NCBI GenBank assembly: GCA_964622305.1
Contig: CAZUPR010000001.1
Location: 5,433-69,432 of the forward strand
Direction: 5' to 3'
DNA length: 64,000 nt
Source: an uncultured Eubacteriales bacterium
GTDB lineage: Bacteria > Bacillota > Peptococcia > Peptococcales > SKKY01
The notes below the pieces were generated by a model. It was not told the DNA's origin. It did not search any database and saw only the letters and a program-made list of their open reading frames with translations. Every line of letters starts with the position of its first letter. Position 1 is the stretch's first letter. A program made the translations under genes and the position numbers. This document shows positions 42,201 to 52,754 of the stretch, in pieces.

Positions 42201-42864
42201 TCTCTTCTTCTCTTAAGTCAAGCAAACTTTTAACTGGCCCCTGATGAAGAGACAGTTTTCTTGTCCCTCTTTTTTTATCTTGTGCCGGTTTCTTTTCCTT
42301 CACAAGGCTTTCATTTAATTCTATCTTCGGGAAAAAATCTTCAAGTTTGCCAACAGCAGAAAGATCTTCAAGATCCTCATTTAGCTCAAAAACAATCTCA
42401 AAATCTTCCTTTTCTGTCAGAATCAGTCTTTCCTCCAGAAGATCTTTTACCTTTTTATTTTTTAAATATTTATAGGCCCAGGAAGAACCTGTGATTATTT
42501 TTATGAGTCCCTCGTCTTCTAAATATTCAACATTTATTTTTTCAAGGCAGGATCTTAAGACAGGTGCCTGATCGTCCAGGAGCCTGCAAAAAATTCCTTT
42601 CATTCTCTCCTGGTCACAGAGACAAGGTCCAGAAGCTACGGGCATGAGATTAATTCCACTAACTTTGGGTAATTTTTGCAAGAGGAATTCTTCAGCTTCT
42701 TTTAAAAGTTTTTTACTAAAGGGACTTTTTGAAAAAAAATATATTTCCCAGGTATTTTCAACCTGGGAAACAGTAAGCTTGCATATATCAATTTCTTTTA
42801 AGAATGCAGAAATATGACTCTGGTCATTTTCTGAAAACAATTCCTGAGGAAGTTTTTTATACAT
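39259..42864 (-). CDS. polC: PolC-type DNA polymerase III alpha subunit, lacking the 3'-5' exonuclease insert
   Basis: 1201 aa. N-terminal and OB regions. PHP motifs (VELHLHT, ITDHG, YGVE, GDVHF). Zn module CPSC...CPSC. Palm motifs GSRGSVGSS and DIDLNF. C-terminal HhH. No DxETTG or HNAxFD exonuclease motifs anywhere. Confidence 0.93.
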   Translation of the reverse strand: MYKKLPQELFSENDQSHISAFLKEIDICKLTVSQVENTWEIYFFSKSPFSKKLLKEAEEFLLQKLPKVSGINLMPVASGPCLCDQERMKGIFCRLLDDQAPVLRSCLEKINVEYLEDEGLIKIITGSSWAYKYLKNKKVKDLLEERLILTEKEDFEIVFELNEDLEDLSAVGKLEDFFPKIELNESLVKEKKPAQDKKRGTRKLSLHQGPVKSLLDLREEEKNVLVEGRIFDISSRELKNNKLLINILINDSTASYTCKIIRDQKEGLSILDDLKKDNYYKFSGNVQYDQFAREYILMVKNYLQTELEDKKDLSQVKRVELHLHTNMSKTDAMTPVADYVKRAAQWGHKALAITDHGVVQAFPDAFFAGQKYGVKIIYGVEAYALRDNKSYHFIILVKNRKGLKNLYHLISESQLKHYKKVPRIPFELLEEYRDGLIYGSACEAGQLIRSIIDQKDEEELKEIASFYDFLEIQPLGNNEFMIRNGIVKSLKDIENINKKVLEIGHELELPVIATGDVHFLNPEDEIYRRIIQAGQGYQDSDNQPPLFYRTTEEMLAEFAYLGENKAYEVVVENTNKIADLIEEIRPIPDRLHTPEIEGADLEIRQMTFAGAHSIYGEKLPEIVAKRIDKELNSIINNGYAVLYLIAQKLVKKSNDDGYLVGSRGSVGSSLVATFTGITEVNPLPAHYICPSCYFSEFFDSSQYGSGADLPEKTCPSCGSQLNKNGFDIPFEVFLGFEGDKVPDIDLNFSGEYQASAHKYVEEIFGSDHVFRAGTISTIAERTAFGYVKNYLDERNIYYNSAELNRLIKGCSGVKRTTGQHPGGLIVVPTSKEASDFTPLQRPAEMVDSEIITTHFDFHSLHDYLIKLDILGHDDPTVIKMLEDITGVRAMEISLDDPDVMELFSTKQTLGVPEFGTRFVRQMLDDTKPEKFSDLVRISGFSHGTDVWLNNAQDLIRNKVCSLSEAISARDDIMIYLINKGMDPLMSFKIMEDVRKGKGLKEEYEEAMKEHKVPAWYIDSCNKIKYMFPKAHAVAYVMMAFRIAYFKIHHPLAFYATYFTVRSSEFDAEIAIKGQDGVEGEIKRINALGNQATPKEAKSLTILEVILEMYQRGFSFQNISLEKSSAREFLIEGQQLILPFSSLPGIGQTAALNIENEIKDKEFKSIEDFRNRTKVSKTVIDALVAHGTFAGVPENNQLSFFA

Positions 42865-44557
42865 TTTTAAAATAATCCTTTACTTTTTCTATAACTAAGT
42901 CAATTTTTAAGTCTTCAGAGTTTTCATTGCTTCTTTCTTTAAATTCAACCATGCCTTCATGAATCTTTTTACCAACAGTTATTCTCAAAGGATAACCAAT
43001 TAAATCAGCATCATTAAACTTAACACCAATTCTTTCCGGCCTGTCATCTAAAACGGCTTCTATTCCAGCTTCAAGCAAGTCCTTATATAGTTTTTCTGCA
43101 GCTTCAAATTGCTCCTGATCTTTGGCCTGAACAGGAATTACTAAAACTTGCCAGGGTGCAATGTTTTTAGGCCAGATAATGCCTCGGTCATCAAAGTTTT
43201 GTTCAACACAAGCTGACATAGTCCTGGAAACACCAATTCCATAACAACCCATTAGCATAAACTGTTCTTTACCATTCTCATCCAGATAAGTGGCCTTTAG
43301 GCTCTCAGAATATCTGGAACCAAGTTTGAAAACTTGTCCCACTTCGATCCCTTTGGCAAAGGAAAGTTTGCCACCACAAGCCGGACAGGAATCTTCTTCT
43401 GTCACTTCTCTAAGGTCATGAAAGATTGCCTCAGGAAAATCTCTTTTTACATGGGCATGCAGGTAGTGGTAACCCTCTTCATTAGCACCTACAACCGCAT
43501 CATCCATATATTCTACTTCTTTATCAGCAAGAACCTTTATCCCCTTAATTCCTATAGGAGAAATATAGCCTGGAATGCAGGAGAAAATTCTTTGAATTTC
43601 CTCTTCCTCGGCCTTGTCCAGAAAATCTGTTTTTAATACTTTTTGCAACTTAATTTCGTTTAGTTCCCTGTCCCCTCTTAAAACAACAACCACGGTCTCC
43701 TCTTCAGTCTTATAGACTAAAGTTTTAATGGTCATTTCTTGTGGAACTTGCAAGAATTCTGCCACGTCATCAATGGTCCTCTTATCAGGTGTTTCTACTT
43801 TTTCTAAAGCTTTTTCAGGTCCAATCTCTTTAACTGGAGTCACGACTTCTGTAATTTCGGTATTGGAAGCATAGGAACACTCCTGGCAATAGGCAATAGT
43901 AGCCTCACCATTTTCTGCCAGAACCATAAATTCATGGGTATCATCGCCACCAATGGCGCCAGAATCTGCCTCAACAGGTCTGAAATTTAGGCCCATTCTG
44001 GAGAAAATTTTATTATAGGCTTCATACATTTGATCATAGGATTTATCAAGGCCTGCCAGATCTTTATCAAAAGAATAAGCATCCTTCATGATAAATTCAC
44101 GGCCTCTCATAAGACCAAATCTTGGCCTTCTCTCATCCCTGTATTTATTTTGTATTTGGTAAAGATTCATGGGTAATTGCTTATAGGATCTTATCTCGCC
44201 TCTGGCAAGATCTGTAATAATTTCTTCGTGGGTTGGCCCCAGGCAAAAGTCTCTGTTATGCCTGTCTTTTAAGCGGAAGAGCTCATCTCCATAAATATCC
44301 CAGCGCCCAGATTCTTCCCAAAGCTCGGCAGGCTGAATTATTGGCAAAAGGACCTCTTGAGCCCCAGCCTTATCCATCTCCTGACGGACTATTTCTTCTA
44401 TTTTTTTAAGAACTCTCATCCCTGCTGGCAGATATGTATATACCCCAGCTGCACTTCTTCTGATAAAACCTCCCCTGATCAGAAGCTGATGACTGATTAT
44501 TTCTGCCTCAGCCGGAACATCTCTCAAAGTTGGTAGCAAAGATTTACTGATTCTCAT
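42857..44557 (-). CDS. proS: Proline--tRNA ligase (bacterial type with INS editing domain)
   Basis: 566 aa. Class II motifs ([26 protein letters not shown]). Overlaps polC by 8 nt and ispG by 14 nt. Confidence 0.97.
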   Translation of the reverse strand: MRISKSLLPTLRDVPAEAEIISHQLLIRGGFIRRSAAGVYTYLPAGMRVLKKIEEIVRQEMDKAGAQEVLLPIIQPAELWEESGRWDIYGDELFRLKDRHNRDFCLGPTHEEIITDLARGEIRSYKQLPMNLYQIQNKYRDERRPRFGLMRGREFIMKDAYSFDKDLAGLDKSYDQMYEAYNKIFSRMGLNFRPVEADSGAIGGDDTHEFMVLAENGEATIAYCQECSYASNTEITEVVTPVKEIGPEKALEKVETPDKRTIDDVAEFLQVPQEMTIKTLVYKTEEETVVVVLRGDRELNEIKLQKVLKTDFLDKAEEEEIQRIFSCIPGYISPIGIKGIKVLADKEVEYMDDAVVGANEEGYHYLHAHVKRDFPEAIFHDLREVTEEDSCPACGGKLSFAKGIEVGQVFKLGSRYSESLKATYLDENGKEQFMLMGCYGIGVSRTMSACVEQNFDDRGIIWPKNIAPWQVLVIPVQAKDQEQFEAAEKLYKDLLEAGIEAVLDDRPERIGVKFNDADLIGYPLRITVGKKIHEGMVEFKERSNENSEDLKIDLVIEKVKDYFKNV

Positions 44558-45620
44558 TCTTTTCTCTCCTTATTTTTTCTAATTCTGACATGATCTCATT
44601 AACCAGATCTTCTTCTCTTATTTTACGTATTACTTGTCCTTTTTTAAAGAGAAGGCCCTCATTTATTCCACCTGCTATCCCAAGATCAGCCTCTCTGGCC
44701 TCTCCTGGTCCATTAACCGCACAACCCATGACCGCAAGTTTAATATTTTCTTTTATATTCTGGGTTCTCTCTTCTATTTCTAAAACAACTTTTTCCAAAT
44801 CAACCTGACAACGCCCACAAGTAGGGCAAGAAACAATCTCAAGGCCCTCTTCTTTAAGTTTTAAGGCCCTTAAAATATCTCTTGCTACTCCTATCTCATT
44901 TAGAGGGTCCCCCGTCAGAGATACTCTTATAGTGTCTCCTATACCTTGGGCCAGTAAACTGCCGATACCAACAGAACTTTTTATAATGCCAGTATTTATA
45001 CTTCCTGCCTCAGTTACCCCCAGGTGCAGGGGATATTCCACCAGTTTAGCCAGGATTTGATAGGATTCTATCATCAAAGGAACATCAGATGCTTTTACTG
45101 ATATTTTTATCTGGTCAAAATTTAAATCCTCAAGTATTTCTACGTGTTTCATAGCACTTTGAGTAAGGGAGAGAGCATTGACCCCACTATATTTTTCCAG
45201 CATTCCTTTTTCTACTGAGCCAGAATTTACGCCAATCCTTATTGGAATATTATAAGCTTTTGCAGCATCTACCAAAAGCTTTATTCTTTCTTTGCTGCCT
45301 ATGTTGCCAGGGTTTATTCTTAAGCCATCAATACCATTTTTTATTGCTTCCAAAGCCAGTTTATAGTCAAAGTGAATATCGGCAATAACTGGTATGGGTG
45401 AATTGGCAACTATTTCTTTAGTTTTTTCTGCAGCTTCAAAATCAGGCACAGCAATCCTTACGATTTGGCAACCAGCAATAGCCAGAGCCTTTATCTGTTC
45501 AATGGTTGCCTTTGTATTCCTTGTGTCAGTATTAGTCATAGATTGAATAGTCACTGGATAATCAGAACCAACACCAAGATCCCTGATGAAAATATTTTTT
45601 GTTTTTCTTCTTTCAAGCAT
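44544..45620 (-). CDS. ispG: 4-hydroxy-3-methylbut-2-en-1-yl diphosphate synthase
   Basis: 358 aa. TIQSMTNT, plus Fe-S cysteines ([17 protein letters not shown]). Confidence 0.96.
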   Translation of the reverse strand: MLERRKTKNIFIRDLGVGSDYPVTIQSMTNTDTRNTKATIEQIKALAIAGCQIVRIAVPDFEAAEKTKEIVANSPIPVIADIHFDYKLALEAIKNGIDGLRINPGNIGSKERIKLLVDAAKAYNIPIRIGVNSGSVEKGMLEKYSGVNALSLTQSAMKHVEILEDLNFDQIKISVKASDVPLMIESYQILAKLVEYPLHLGVTEAGSINTGIIKSSVGIGSLLAQGIGDTIRVSLTGDPLNEIGVARDILRALKLKEEGLEIVSCPTCGRCQVDLEKVVLEIEERTQNIKENIKLAVMGCAVNGPGEAREADLGIAGGINEGLLFKKGQVIRKIREEDLVNEIMSELEKIRREKNENQ

Positions 45621-45634
45621 AATATGACCTTCTT

Positions 45635-46672
45635 TTAGTTCCCAAAAAAGCGGGAGATATCATTATAGGTGATTAAAATAATTAAACCGAAGAGGAAGGC
45701 AAAACCAAGCATGGTTAAAAAGCCTTCTTTCTTTCTGTCAATTGGACTTCCCTTTATACCCTCATAAGCAAGAAAAATAATCTTACTTCCATCCAAACCT
45801 GGAATAGGCAATAAATTTATAAAACCTATGTTAGCAGACATAAAGCCGGTCAAATAAAGCAGGGGTAAAAAACCTATCTTGGCAGTTTCATCTATAACCT
45901 GAATTATTCCAACAGGACCTGAGAAGGAATCTAAACCAATATGGCCGGAAAATAAAAATTTAAATGAGGCGATAATATAAACCATCAGTCTGGTCGTCTC
46001 GTTAAATGAATATTTTAAGGCTGCAAAGATCCCCGGTTTTTCCAGTAAAAAAGTATCTCCGGCAATGCCCAAAAAGCCTAATTTTTCTTCACCTTCGCCA
46101 AGAAGGGGATAAAGATTTATCAGTTGGCCATCTCTTTCAACTTTAAATTCAACTTCTTTGTTTGGATTGGTTTTAATTACGGTATCAAGGTCGTTTCTGT
46201 CATTTATTTTTTTACCATTAGCCTCAATAATTATATCTCCAGCTAAAAATCCTGCTCTCTCTGCAGGCGAATCTGAAACCACACTGGCAATTTGAGTTGA
46301 ACCACTGGGGATGCCTGCTGAAAAAGCAATAATGGCAAAAATGATAAAAGCCAGAATAAAGTTCATTATTACACCGGCAATTACAACAAAAATTCTATTT
46401 AGTATAGGCTGATTATTAAAATTTCTGGGGCTGGTTACCTTTTCTTCTTCTTGGTCATAATACTCCCCTTCCATTTTAACAAAACCGCCAACAGGGAGGA
46501 GTCTAAGAGAATAAAGAGTTTCCTGGCCCTGATGGCTGTAAACTTTAGGCCCCATGCCAATACTAAATTCTTCTACATATATACCTGAAGCCTTGGCTGC
46601 AGCAAAATGTCCAAATTCATGAACTGCTATTATCAAGCCAAAGATTAAAACACTAACTATTAAGGTTTGCAA
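45635..46672 (-). CDS. rseP: RIP zinc metalloprotease RseP/RasP (M50, single PDZ)
   Basis: 345 aa. HEFGH in TM1, a PDZ region, and NLLPIPGLDG. Confidence 0.94.
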   Translation of the reverse strand: MQTLIVSVLIFGLIIAVHEFGHFAAAKASGIYVEEFSIGMGPKVYSHQGQETLYSLRLLPVGGFVKMEGEYYDQEEEKVTSPRNFNNQPILNRIFVVIAGVIMNFILAFIIFAIIAFSAGIPSGSTQIASVVSDSPAERAGFLAGDIIIEANGKKINDRNDLDTVIKTNPNKEVEFKVERDGQLINLYPLLGEGEEKLGFLGIAGDTFLLEKPGIFAALKYSFNETTRLMVYIIASFKFLFSGHIGLDSFSGPVGIIQVIDETAKIGFLPLLYLTGFMSANIGFINLLPIPGLDGSKIIFLAYEGIKGSPIDRKKEGFLTMLGFAFLFGLIILITYNDISRFFGN

Positions 46673-46676
46673 GTAA

Positions 46677-47828
46677 TCACCTCTGGATTTTTTCGCTGTA
46701 TTCTACAGCTTTTTTTCTGGCCCAGGAATCTATGACCAGTATTTCTTCTAAGTCAAACTTCCTTTGAGTCATGTGCTGACTCATAACTTTTTCTGTCAGG
46801 GATGGAATATCTATAAAAGAAATTCTCCTCTGTAAAAAAAGATCAACAGCAACTTCATTAGCAGCATTTAAAACTGCTGGCATACTTCCTGCCTCATTAC
46901 CGGCTTCATAGGCCAGCCTCAAGGCTGGAAATTTTTCGAAATCTGGCTTGTAAAAATTAAGCTGGGCAATTTGCGTCAAATCTATTTTCGGAAAAGTATT
47001 ATCTTTTCTTTCAGGCCAGCTTAAAGCATATTGAATTGGGATTCTCATATCCTTAGGACCTAAATGAGCCAGGATACTCCCGTCACCATATTCTACCATA
47101 GAATGAACTATACTCTCAGGATGAATTACGACTTCTATATCTTTATAGGGAATGTTAAAAAGCCAGTTGGCTTCTATAACTTCAAGGCCTTTATTCATTA
47201 ATGTGGCTGAATCTATAGTAATTTTTTTGCCCATATTCCAGGTTGGATGCTTAAGAGCATCTTCAGGGGTAACGTTTTTTAGCTCTTCTTCATTAAAGAG
47301 TCTAAAGGGTCCGCCTGAAGCAGTAAGAAGAATCCTTTTACTTGCCTTGGTATCTTCCATACACTGCATAATTGCTGAATGTTCACTGTCTACGGTAATA
47401 AGTTTTGCTCTACTCTTTTCAATTACCTCTCTTACAAGGCATCCGGCTGTAACCAAGGTTTCTTTATTGGCCAAAGCCACTGTAATTCCTTCTTCCAAAA
47501 AGGTCAGAGTTGGGCCAATTCCTGCTGCTCCAGAAATACCACCAATACAGATATCAGGCCTGTATGATTGTAAAACTGCCTTTAAATCAGAAAAGGAGTA
47601 AAAGATCTTACTCATGCCTAAATCCTCTTTTAAGAGTTTGTCATAAGTTTCCTTATGGCTGATAAAAACATATTCAGGCTTGTATTTAATTACCTGTTCC
47701 AGGACCTTTTGATAATTGCTGTGGCCAGAAATAAGCCCCAGTTTGTAGGTATCTGGAAATTCATCTATAACCTGAAGACTCTGCTGGCCAATTGAACCTG
47801 TCGAGCCCAAAATAGCAATTTTTTTCAT
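46677..47828 (-). CDS. dxr: 1-deoxy-D-xylulose-5-phosphate reductoisomerase
   Basis: 383 aa. GSTGSIG NADPH motif. LANKE and DSEHSA motifs. Confidence 0.97.
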   Translation of the reverse strand: MKKIAILGSTGSIGQQSLQVIDEFPDTYKLGLISGHSNYQKVLEQVIKYKPEYVFISHKETYDKLLKEDLGMSKIFYSFSDLKAVLQSYRPDICIGGISGAAGIGPTLTFLEEGITVALANKETLVTAGCLVREVIEKSRAKLITVDSEHSAIMQCMEDTKASKRILLTASGGPFRLFNEEELKNVTPEDALKHPTWNMGKKITIDSATLMNKGLEVIEANWLFNIPYKDIEVVIHPESIVHSMVEYGDGSILAHLGPKDMRIPIQYALSWPERKDNTFPKIDLTQIAQLNFYKPDFEKFPALRLAYEAGNEAGSMPAVLNAANEVAVDLFLQRRISFIDIPSLTEKVMSQHMTQRKFDLEEILVIDSWARKKAVEYSEKIQR

Positions 47829-47844
47829 TTATACCCTGCCTTAT

Positions 47845-48645
47845 CTAAAAAATAAAAAATTTAATGAAAATATAATATAGGGGTGCAGTAAAAAGGGTGG
47901 AGTCAAAACGATCCAAAACCCCTCCATGCCCGGGAAAGATTTTACCCGAATCTTTTATATTATAAAGTCTTTTTAAGGTGCTTTCAAATAGATCACCAAT
48001 TTGTGAGATAATTGTTAATAATAAGACTGCCAGTACAAATAATACTAGTGGAGTCTCCGTAAAAAGTGCAAATTCTTTGTTGAATAAAAGAGCTATAAAC
48101 AAGGCCGATAAAGATCCTCCTATTGAGCCTTCTATTGTTTTATTAGGGCTTATCAGTGGGGAAAGTTTGTTTCTGCCAAAGGCCCGGCCAGAAAAATATG
48201 CCATACTGTCCGTGGACCAGATAATTAAAAACATAAAAAAGGAATATAAAAAACCCTCATCAAGAGCTCTAATTTTTAATATGTATGTAAAAGGAAAGGC
48301 TACATAGAAGTAAATAAAAAATGATTTAAGCAACTTTTTTAGATTTTCTTGATTTGAATCAATATTATCTGAAAATTTTTTAACATATAATATCAGATTT
48401 GCAAGGAGAAAAAGTGAGAGAATTTCAGGAGTTGAGGCCCAGTCTTTTAAAAAGACCAATACAAGTGAAAAAAGGCAAAGAAGAAAAAGCGAAATGTTAT
48501 CATTAAGATTGGTCATCATATAGAGTTCATAAATGCCAACTATTATCAAAGCCAAAAAAAGAAGCTGGCTATAGATGCCACCCATATAAAGTAAGAATAA
48601 AAAGGCTGGTAAAGCCACAAGGGCTGTAACTATTCTTGTAATCAT
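47845..48645 (-). CDS. cdsA: Phosphatidate cytidylyltransferase
   Basis: 266 aa, polytopic. C-terminal signature SxxKRxxxxKDxGxxxPGHGGxxDRxD. Confidence 0.94.
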   Translation of the reverse strand: MITRIVTALVALPAFLFLLYMGGIYSQLLFLALIIVGIYELYMMTNLNDNISLFLLCLFSLVLVFLKDWASTPEILSLFLLANLILYVKKFSDNIDSNQENLKKLLKSFFIYFYVAFPFTYILKIRALDEGFLYSFFMFLIIWSTDSMAYFSGRAFGRNKLSPLISPNKTIEGSIGGSLSALFIALLFNKEFALFTETPLVLFVLAVLLLTIISQIGDLFESTLKRLYNIKDSGKIFPGHGGVLDRFDSTLFTAPLYYIFIKFFIF

Positions 48646-49391
48646 AAGCTCTTCCTCTCTTTTTTTAGAGCACCAAATCTTCTGTCTCTGTTTCTAAAAT
48701 CATTTATTGCTTCTTCTAGGTCTTTTTCTGTGAAATCTGGCCAAAGAACATTTGAAAACCACAATTCTGAGTAGGCTGCCTGCCAAAGGAGAAAATTGCT
48801 AAGTCTTTTTTCTCCAGATGGCCTGATTATTAAGTCAGGTTCTGGTTGATTTGCAGTGTAAAGAGAGGCCGAAATCATTTGATCGTCTATATCTTCCGGG
48901 CTTATCTGACCATCTGCAACTTTTTGGGCTATCTTTTTAAAACCTTCTCTTATTTCGGCCCTGCTGCCGTAATTTAGGGCTACATTTAGAACCAGCTTAG
49001 AATTATCCTTGGTTTTTTCCACAGCTTTTTGAATTTCTTTTACTGTTTTTTCTGGCAATTTTTCATATTCGCCAATTGGATTAATTTTAACACCATTTTT
49101 ATGAAGGATGTCTAATTCTTTTTTTATATATTCGATGATTAATGACATTAAGATAGATACTTCTTCCTGGGGCCTTTTCCAGTTTTCAGTCGAAAAGGCA
49201 TAAACTGTCAGATAGGCAATCCCATGATCGCCACAATACTGAACAACTCTTTTTAATGCTTCTATGCCTACCTTATGGCCAGCAGTCCTGGGAAGTCCCC
49301 TTTTTTGGGCCCATCTGCCATTCCCATCCATTATAATCCCAATATGTACTGGCATCCTTTTCGCCCCCAATATAGCCAATAAGCCCCCCAT
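48642..49391 (-). CDS. uppS: Isoprenyl transferase (undecaprenyl-diphosphate synthase)
   Basis: IIMDGNGRWA and RLSNFLLWQ motifs. The true start may be ATG at 49353-49355 (MPVHIGII), because the upstream ATG lies inside a 9-bp hairpin and lacks an SD. Confidence 0.94.
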   Translation of the reverse strand: MGGLLAILGAKRMPVHIGIIMDGNGRWAQKRGLPRTAGHKVGIEALKRVVQYCGDHGIAYLTVYAFSTENWKRPQEEVSILMSLIIEYIKKELDILHKNGVKINPIGEYEKLPEKTVKEIQKAVEKTKDNSKLVLNVALNYGSRAEIREGFKKIAQKVADGQISPEDIDDQMISASLYTANQPEPDLIIRPSGEKRLSNFLLWQAAYSELWFSNVLWPDFTEKDLEEAINDFRNRDRRFGALKKERKSL

Positions 49392-49403
49392 TCTGGAGGG
49401 CTT
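49381..49403 (-). other. Stable stem-loop in the frr-uppS gap (possible weak terminator or processing site)
   Basis: Minus-strand RNA AAGCCCUCC-AGAAU-GGGGGGCUU (9 bp). No clear U-tract. Confidence 0.3.
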
Positions 49404-49435
49404 ATTAATATACTTATTAAATAAATTAATAGGAT

Positions 49436-49993
49436 TTAAATTTCGGTTACTTCTTTTTCTTTGTTTTCAAAAATCCTGTCTATTTCTGCAATAAATTTGT
49501 CAGTTAACTTTTGAATATCATCTGCCGAAACCTTGCTTTGATCTTCAGTTATTTCTTTGTCTTTTTCCATTTTCTTAATTCTATCATTTGCATCCCTGCG
49601 AATATTTCTAACTCTTATTTTATTATCTTCGGCCATTTTCTTCAACTGTTTTACCAGTTCCTGCCTTCTTTCATTAGTAAGTTGAGGAACAGCCAGCCTG
49701 ATTACCGTACCATCACTAGTTGGGTTAATGCCCAAATCTGATTTTAGTATAGCTTTTTCTATCATAGGAATTGAGCTTTTATCCCATGGCTGGATTACCA
49801 GTAACCTTGCCTCAGGAACAGAAATATTAGCTAATTGATTAATTGGTGTGTCTGCACCATAATATTCTACAAAAATCCTGTCTATCATTTGTGGAGTTGC
49901 CCGGCCTGCTCTCATAACAGCATAATCACTTTGCAAAGCCTTTATTGAAGCCTCCATTTTTTCTTCCGTTTCCAGTAATAATTCTTCAACCAT
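49436..49993 (-). CDS. frr: Ribosome recycling factor
   Basis: 185 aa. Typical RRF sequence ([14 protein letters not shown]). Confidence 0.97.
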   Translation of the reverse strand: MVEELLLETEEKMEASIKALQSDYAVMRAGRATPQMIDRIFVEYYGADTPINQLANISVPEARLLVIQPWDKSSIPMIEKAILKSDLGINPTSDGTVIRLAVPQLTNERRQELVKQLKKMAEDNKIRVRNIRRDANDRIKKMEKDKEITEDQSKVSADDIQKLTDKFIAEIDRIFENKEKEVTEI

Positions 49994-49997
49994 TGTC

Positions 49998-50720
49998 TTA
50001 ACCTCCTACGTATGTACCAATTTTTTCTCCAAAGATAACCTTCTTTATATTACCCTCTTCTATTATACTAAAAACAATGAGAGGAATATTGTTATCCATA
50101 CAAAGGGACGCAGCGGTGCTGTCCATAACACCCAGAGATTTGTTTATTACATCTATAAAAGTCAGTTTATCGAACTTTTTAGCCGATGGATTAATAAGGG
50201 GATCGCATTCGTAAATGCCATCAACTTTTTTAGCCATAAGAATTATCTCAGCTTCAATTTCAGCTGCCCTCAGAGCCGCAGTTGTATCAGTTGAAAAATA
50301 AGGGTTGCCTGTGCCGGCAGCAAAAATTACCACTCTTTTTTTCTCAAGATGTCTTATTGCCCTGCGTCTTATATAAGGTTCTGCAATTTGCCTCATTTCT
50401 ATTGCAGTCTGTACCCTGGTTGAAACACCATGATTTTCTAAAGCATCCTGGAGAGCCAGAGAATTTATAACTGTTGCCAACATACCCATGTAATCTGCAG
50501 TAGCCCTGTCCATGCCTTGCTTGCTTCCGGAAACACCCCGCCAGATATTGCCGCCACCAACAACTATAGAAACTTCTACGCCCAGGCTGACAATCTCGCT
50601 TACCTGCGATGCAAAGGAAGAAAGGGTATCTTGATTTATACCATATCCCAGGTTTCCTGCTAATGACTCACCACTTAGTTTAATTATAACTCTTTTATAT
50701 TTTGGACTAATCATTCTCAA
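49998..50720 (-). CDS. pyrH: UMP kinase
   Basis: 240 aa. [15 protein letters not shown] and [10 protein letters not shown] motifs. Confidence 0.97.
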   Translation of the reverse strand: MRMISPKYKRVIIKLSGESLAGNLGYGINQDTLSSFASQVSEIVSLGVEVSIVVGGGNIWRGVSGSKQGMDRATADYMGMLATVINSLALQDALENHGVSTRVQTAIEMRQIAEPYIRRRAIRHLEKKRVVIFAAGTGNPYFSTDTTAALRAAEIEAEIILMAKKVDGIYECDPLINPSAKKFDKLTFIDVINKSLGVMDSTAASLCMDNNIPLIVFSIIEEGNIKKVIFGEKIGTYVGG

Positions 50721-50740
50721 CTCCCCTTGGTCTTTATTTT

Positions 50741-50768
50741 AAAAAAAAAGAACACAAAGTGTTCTTTT
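50741..50768 (-). terminator. Rho-independent terminator after tsf
   Basis: Minus-strand RNA AGAACAC-UUU-GUGUUCU followed by U9. The structure is symmetric with A- and T-runs on both sides. Confidence 0.75.
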
Positions 50769-51419
50769 TTATTTATTAATTTCAGCCATTACTTCACTGG
50801 CAAAGTCTTCAACTCTTTTTTCAAGGCCTTCACCCATTTGATAACGAGTAAATCTTCTGACTTGGATGTTTTCACCAATTTCACTGATAGCTTCAGTGAT
50901 CATTTGATTAACAGTCTTGGATGGATCCTTTACAAAATCTTGTTCAAGCAAGCAGATTTCCTGATAGTATTTTTTGATTCTGCCTTCTACCATTTTATCT
51001 ACAACTTGTTCAGGCTTTCCTTCATTAAGAGCCTGAGCCTTAAGAATTTCTTTTTCTTTAGCAATCTCTTCAGGATTAACTTCTTCAACTCTGATATAAG
51101 ATGGGTTTGAAGCTGCAATTTGCATTGCAATATCTCTTACCAATTGTTTGAATTCATCTGTTTTAGCAACAAAGTCTGTTTCGCAGTTCACTTCTACCAG
51201 AACACCAATCTTACCACCCAAGTGAATGTAAGATTCTACAATACCTTCTGCTGCGATTCTTGATGATTTTTTTTGAGCTGCTGCCAATCCTTTTTCTCTC
51301 AAATACTCCATGGCTTTTTCAATATCACCATTAGTTTCGACCAAGGCTTTTTTGCAGTCCATCATACCTGCGCCAGATTTTTCTCTAAGTTCTTTTACCA
51401 TTGCTGCAGTTACTGTCAT
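50769..51419 (-). CDS. tsf: Translation elongation factor Ts (short form)
   Basis: Start supported at [26 protein letters not shown] (ATG 51417-51419, GAGGAGG upstream). 216 aa. Confidence 0.95.
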   Translation of the reverse strand: MTVTAAMVKELREKSGAGMMDCKKALVETNGDIEKAMEYLREKGLAAAQKKSSRIAAEGIVESYIHLGGKIGVLVEVNCETDFVAKTDEFKQLVRDIAMQIAASNPSYIRVEEVNPEEIAKEKEILKAQALNEGKPEQVVDKMVEGRIKKYYQEICLLEQDFVKDPSKTVNQMITEAISEIGENIQVRRFTRYQMGEGLEKRVEDFASEVMAEINK

Positions 51420-51440
51420 CTTATTACCTCCTCTATAGTG

Positions 51441-51486
51441 AAAAAGGGGCGCCATTAATGGCATCTTAACCTAATGGAACCCCCTT
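51441..51486 (-). terminator. Candidate attenuator/terminator between rpsB and tsf
   Basis: Minus-strand RNA GGGG..CCAUUA-14 nt-UAAUGG..CCCC followed by U5. Confidence 0.4.
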
Positions 51487-51490
51487 ATTC

Positions 51491-52270
51491 TTAATTTTCT
51501 TCTTCTATTACATCTTCTACAAGATCTTGACTTGTATCTTCAATAATTTCTTCTTCCACAGCTTGAGCTTCCTCAGCTGCTTTAACCATACCTTGTTTAC
51601 CTTCAAAAACTGCATTAGCCATGATTCTGGTAATTAAGTTTACTGCTCTGATAGCATCATCATTACCTGGAATTACATAATCAACTTCTTCTGGGTCACA
51701 GTTAGTATCAACAATTGAAATAATAGGAATACCCAATTTTCTTGCTTCAAGTAAAGCTATTCTTTCTTTTTTAGGATCAATTACAAAAATTGCTCCTGGA
51801 AGACCTTTCATGTCTTTGATTCCACCTAAGAATCTTTCCAGTCTTTCATGTTCTTTTTCTAATTGGAAAACTTCCTTTTTAGGCAGAAGATCCATAGTAC
51901 CATCTTCCATCATTCTTTCAAGTTCAAACAGTCTGTCAATTCTCTTCTTGATTGTTTTGTAGTTGGTAAGCATACCACCCAACCAACGCTCATTTACAAA
52001 ATATTCTCCACATCTGAGTGCTTCGTCTTTAATTGTGTTTTGAGCTTGTTTCTTTGTGCCTATAAAAATAACAGGTTTACCTTCTTGAGCAACACCTCTT
52101 AGAAAGTCATAGGCTTCTTCAATTTTTTTCATAGTTTTTTGCAAATCTATGATGTAAATACCATTTCTTGCTCCAAAGATATACTTATTCATCTTTGGGT
52201 TCCATCTTCTTGTTTGATGACCGAAATGTACGCCAGCTTCTAATAATTGCTTCATAGTTACTACTGCCAT
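51491..52270 (-). CDS. rpsB: 30S ribosomal protein S2
   Basis: Start supported at [27 protein letters not shown] (ATG 52268-52270, GAGGAGG upstream). The 22-codon extension in the ORF track is non-coding leader. Confidence 0.97.
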   Translation of the reverse strand: MAVVTMKQLLEAGVHFGHQTRRWNPKMNKYIFGARNGIYIIDLQKTMKKIEEAYDFLRGVAQEGKPVIFIGTKKQAQNTIKDEALRCGEYFVNERWLGGMLTNYKTIKKRIDRLFELERMMEDGTMDLLPKKEVFQLEKEHERLERFLGGIKDMKGLPGAIFVIDPKKERIALLEARKLGIPIISIVDTNCDPEEVDYVIPGNDDAIRAVNLITRIMANAVFEGKQGMVKAAEEAQAVEEEIIEDTSQDLVEDVIEEEN

Positions 52271-52382
52271 TCGGGCACCTCCTCTCGTTTTTTTCCTCCG
52301 TTTTCTTCTGCTTATAACCCTACTCACAAGGAGCAACGGGGCTATAATCCAAAAACGTGCGTTTTAACACCACTCAAGATAA

Positions 52383-52428
52383 TATCACAAAAGGACTATT
52401 AAATCAATAGTTCTTTTAATAGTCCTTT
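52383..52428 (-). terminator. Rho-independent terminator at the end of the fla/che operon
   Basis: 14-bp perfect stem AAAGGACUAUUAAA/UUUAAUAGUCCUUU with an 11-nt loop, followed by UGUGAUAUU. Confidence 0.7.
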
Positions 52429-52739
52429 TATATTTTTATATCCAGTTTTCCAGGAGCAAAGCAATAATTTTCTTCTTCTTTTTCTCCCTTTTCTTCTTTT
52501 TTCTTTTGTCCTTTATCATGGGTTTGGTCCTTGTTTCCTTCCTGATCATTTTGCAATTTTTGTTTATCTGTTTTTTCCAGGTCAGTTACTGTGGACATTT
52601 TTTTTGCCAGCGTCTCATTATGACTTATATTATTCTGCATACTTTCCATATCATTTCTTCTCAATAAGTTCTGTTGTTCCCTGCTGGCTTCAAAAGCTTT
52701 AGGAATAGATACCTGAAATTCTATCGGCCTTACAGACAT
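52428..52739 (-). CDS. Hypothetical K/E/Q-rich protein, last gene of the fla/che operon
   Basis: 103-aa ORF, 15 nt downstream of the DUF342 gene, followed by a strong terminator. No recognisable domain. Confidence 0.55.
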   Translation of the reverse strand: MSVRPIEFQVSIPKAFEASREQQNLLRRNDMESMQNNISHNETLAKKMSTVTDLEKTDKQKLQNDQEGNKDQTHDKGQKKKEEKGEKEEENYCFAPGKLDIKI

Positions 52740-52754
52740 CTTGCCACCTCCAGA

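Noticed and set aside
45370-45384. Sigma-D (sigma-28) -10-like GCCGATAT on the minus strand inside ispG.
   Set aside because: There is no TAAA -35 element at the required ~15-nt spacing, and it lies in the middle of a coding region. Judged a chance match.
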